DNA of 64,000 bases, taken from Meyerozyma guilliermondii. Lineage: Eukaryota. Under the pieces are notes generated by a model, which saw nothing but the letters and a program-made list of their open reading frames with translations, did not search any database and had not been told where the DNA came from. Of this stretch, positions 62,076 to 64,000 are shown one piece after another. Location of the stretch: assembly GCA_051546255.1 (NCBI GenBank), contig CP128817.1, positions 62,001 through 126,000 on the forward strand. Reading direction: 5' to 3'. The first letter of the stretch is position 1, and each line of letters starts with the position of its first letter. The translations under genes and the position numbers were made by a program.

Positions 62076-63119
62076 CTAAAAACCATCGAATGTGGTTCCC
62101 GTGCTTCCAATAAGCATCTTTGCCACCACTAGGTCCATATTGGACATTCCCACGATTTTTTGCACAACGATGTTTTCTGCCATAGTAAAGTCTTGTCTAT
62201 CAGTTTTCAGCAACTGTGCCAATTCTACCATTTGCGAGCGAGACAAACCAGCATCCGCCACTTCTCCTGCTTCCTCGAAAACCCCCTCAGCTGTGTCTAC
62301 CACCAATTTCTTTCCGGAAGCCTTGAGAGCACTCAAGTCGAGCTCTCGCATGGTGGGCTTATAAGAGCCAATTAAAGATACAAATACTGGCACTTTGGGG
62401 TCCTTATTGAGCGCCGAAAAGTCAATGGCAGGCAGGGTGCTCGGAAGACATCCAAAGACGACACAACTCCCGGATAACTTTTGATTGATAATTTCTGTGT
62501 GTGTAGCAACTTGATACAGATAGGCATTTACCGTAGCAATATTTGTACCAAAATCCTTCTTCAATTCTTTCGCAAACTCTTGGGCTTTTTCGTAGCTTCG
62601 GTTTACAACAGTGACACTTTTGATGTTAGGAAACAAAATGAGTGTCAACTTTACGTGCCAGTAAGCTTGCGGTCCAACTCCAAACACAGTCAAGCTCGAT
62701 GTCATGGTCTCGGGCACATTTAAAGGGTCAATTGCATTGACTAAGCCTATAGAACTAGCCAATGCTGTTCGAAAGGGAGTAACTGTTTTGGCATTCACCA
62801 CCCCAGTTAATGTTCCATCGATGTCATCAACAGTAGCAATAAAGCCCTGAAACCCTAAACCTTTTTGTGAGTTTGACGGACCTCCGCTGATGATCTTCAC
62901 GCCTGTGGCATCGGGTGCAACGCAGGGCATAAAGAGATGAGTCAAATCGGAGTTTTTGGTAGTTGTTGATCTCACCGTTCGAGGAGGAACAATTTCTGGA
63001 TTGTGCTGGTAATCACGAAGGCTGCCAAGGAGTGCTGGTTGGTAATGGTTTAGTATGGAGTCTCTGGTGAGCGATTTGTCTAGAAACTCGTGGACATTTT
63101 GGTCACTAACTATCTTCAT
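62076..63119 (-). CDS. Ornithine cyclodeaminase/mu-crystallin family protein
   Basis: HLFMP, GVKII, TPFRTALAS, FGVGPQAYWH, IGSYKPTMRELD, EAGE, KIVGMSNMD. Confidence 0.85.
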   Translation of the reverse strand: MKIVSDQNVHEFLDKSLTRDSILNHYQPALLGSLRDYQHNPEIVPPRTVRSTTTKNSDLTHLFMPCVAPDATGVKIISGGPSNSQKGLGFQGFIATVDDIDGTLTGVVNAKTVTPFRTALASSIGLVNAIDPLNVPETMTSSLTVFGVGPQAYWHVKLTLILFPNIKSVTVVNRSYEKAQEFAKELKKDFGTNIATVNAYLYQVATHTEIINQKLSGSCVVFGCLPSTLPAIDFSALNKDPKVPVFVSLIGSYKPTMRELDLSALKASGKKLVVDTAEGVFEEAGEVADAGLSRSQMVELAQLLKTDRQDFTMAENIVVQKIVGMSNMDLVVAKMLIGSTGTTFDGF

Positions 63120-63310
63120 GGTTGATTGAATCAGAAAGAAATTGAGATCAAGCTGCGAAATTTCGGCAAATAGAATGAAAATGAAGTTGAGATTGAAGAT
63201 AGAGACTAATACGCCAGTCTGATTCTGAGCATTATTGCGGTCACTTTTTACAGTTTCGTTGCTTTATTTATATCTTTTATCGTTATCTTTTATCGTTATC
63301 GTGTCTCGTA

Positions 63311-64000
63311 TCAAGCAGGCATGAATATCCACTCTTCGTTGGGTGTGGAAGAGTCTCGTAAGTTTCTTACTTTTTTCAACAACTCTTCGATGCCAGCCAC
63401 TGTTATCAACAACTTTTCCATACTAGAACACACCTGCTGAGTCACCATGTCTCTCTCACCAGTGCCAAACTTATCTGGCAAATGTAAAGCATGCAATTTG
63501 TTCTTGATCGATATATGCTTAAGTTGGCCAACTATCCGAACTTGATCTGACCGTGATAAATTGTTCTGTTGCAGTACACTCGAACATATCTCAAAGATTA
63601 TGCGTTGCAATGGTACCAATTGCTTGTCTTTGGACAATTTGACCGCAAGAGTATAATTGTCATTGGTAGCTTCCCATAGCAAAATCTCAGACTTGATACT
63701 ACGCAAGCCACTGTTGTTTGTCTGCAGCTTGAAGTATTCATGGTGAAACTTCCAGATTATTCGTTCGTAAAACGGAGAAATCGTCCCTTGCTGGATACTT
63801 GGCAAGTAGCTTTTTTCAAAGTGTTCTTTGAGATTCTTGACAATTTGGAGCGGCTTCTTCTGGTCATAATACTTCTTCAACATGATGACATTCCACCTCA
63901 AAAACGATTCCTCGGGCCAGTACGGAAGTGCTTCGGGCGATAGCCTATTTACATCAACTGGTAACTTTTCTAGATGAAGGAGATTTTTATTGAGCACCAA
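63311..64000 (-). CDS. 3' part of an unidentified protein (start lies outside the window)
   Basis: 229 open codons to the window edge with protein-like composition; family not recognised. Confidence 0.6.
   Translation of the reverse strand: MVLNKNLLHLEKLPVDVNRLSPEALPYWPEESFLRWNVIMLKKYYDQKKPLQIVKNLKEHFEKSYLPSIQQGTISPFYERIIWKFHHEYFKLQTNNSGLRSIKSEILLWEATNDNYTLAVKLSKDKQLVPLQRIIFEICSSVLQQNNLSRSDQVRIVGQLKHISIKNKLHALHLPDKFGTGERDMVTQQVCSSMEKLLITVAGIEELLKKVRNLRDSSTPNEEWIFMPA

Overview
64 kb of gene-dense budding-yeast chromosome from the CUG-Ser (CTG) clade; CTG falls on conserved Ser positions, and Meyerozyma/Debaryomycetaceae is an inference. There are about 35 protein genes, mostly housekeeping (ARL3, RPL2, RPL29, RPL8, ANP1, SMC2, DSS1, MET10, DLD1, IES6, TCA17, SNL1, LAP2, MRPS5, GPC1, GLY1, PHO8). 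I reconstructed eight spliceosomal introns that the ORF track misses, and saw no tRNA, rRNA, transposon or CRISPR. The main find is a five-gene catabolic cluster at 34.5-42.3 kb: a Pyd3-like N-carbamoyl-amino-acid amidohydrolase, a Zn2Cys6 regulator, a Dal5/Tna1-family anion permease, a Pyd2-like dihydropyrimidinase/hydantoinase, and a salicylate-hydroxylase-type FAD monooxygenase. All three of its promoter regions carry the same TCGG-N15-CCGA element, which points to a self-contained regulon for an unidentified N-heterocycle entered by oxygenation. Other highlights are a strand-specifically structured RPL8 intron, a 2198-aa hydrophilin-like protein with repeated AYxxG motifs and a duplicated mini-domain, tandem YWP1 paralogs with different processing sites, and a 3x repeated motif in a Bsp1-like protein. 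Family assignments come from recognised motifs, not database searches.
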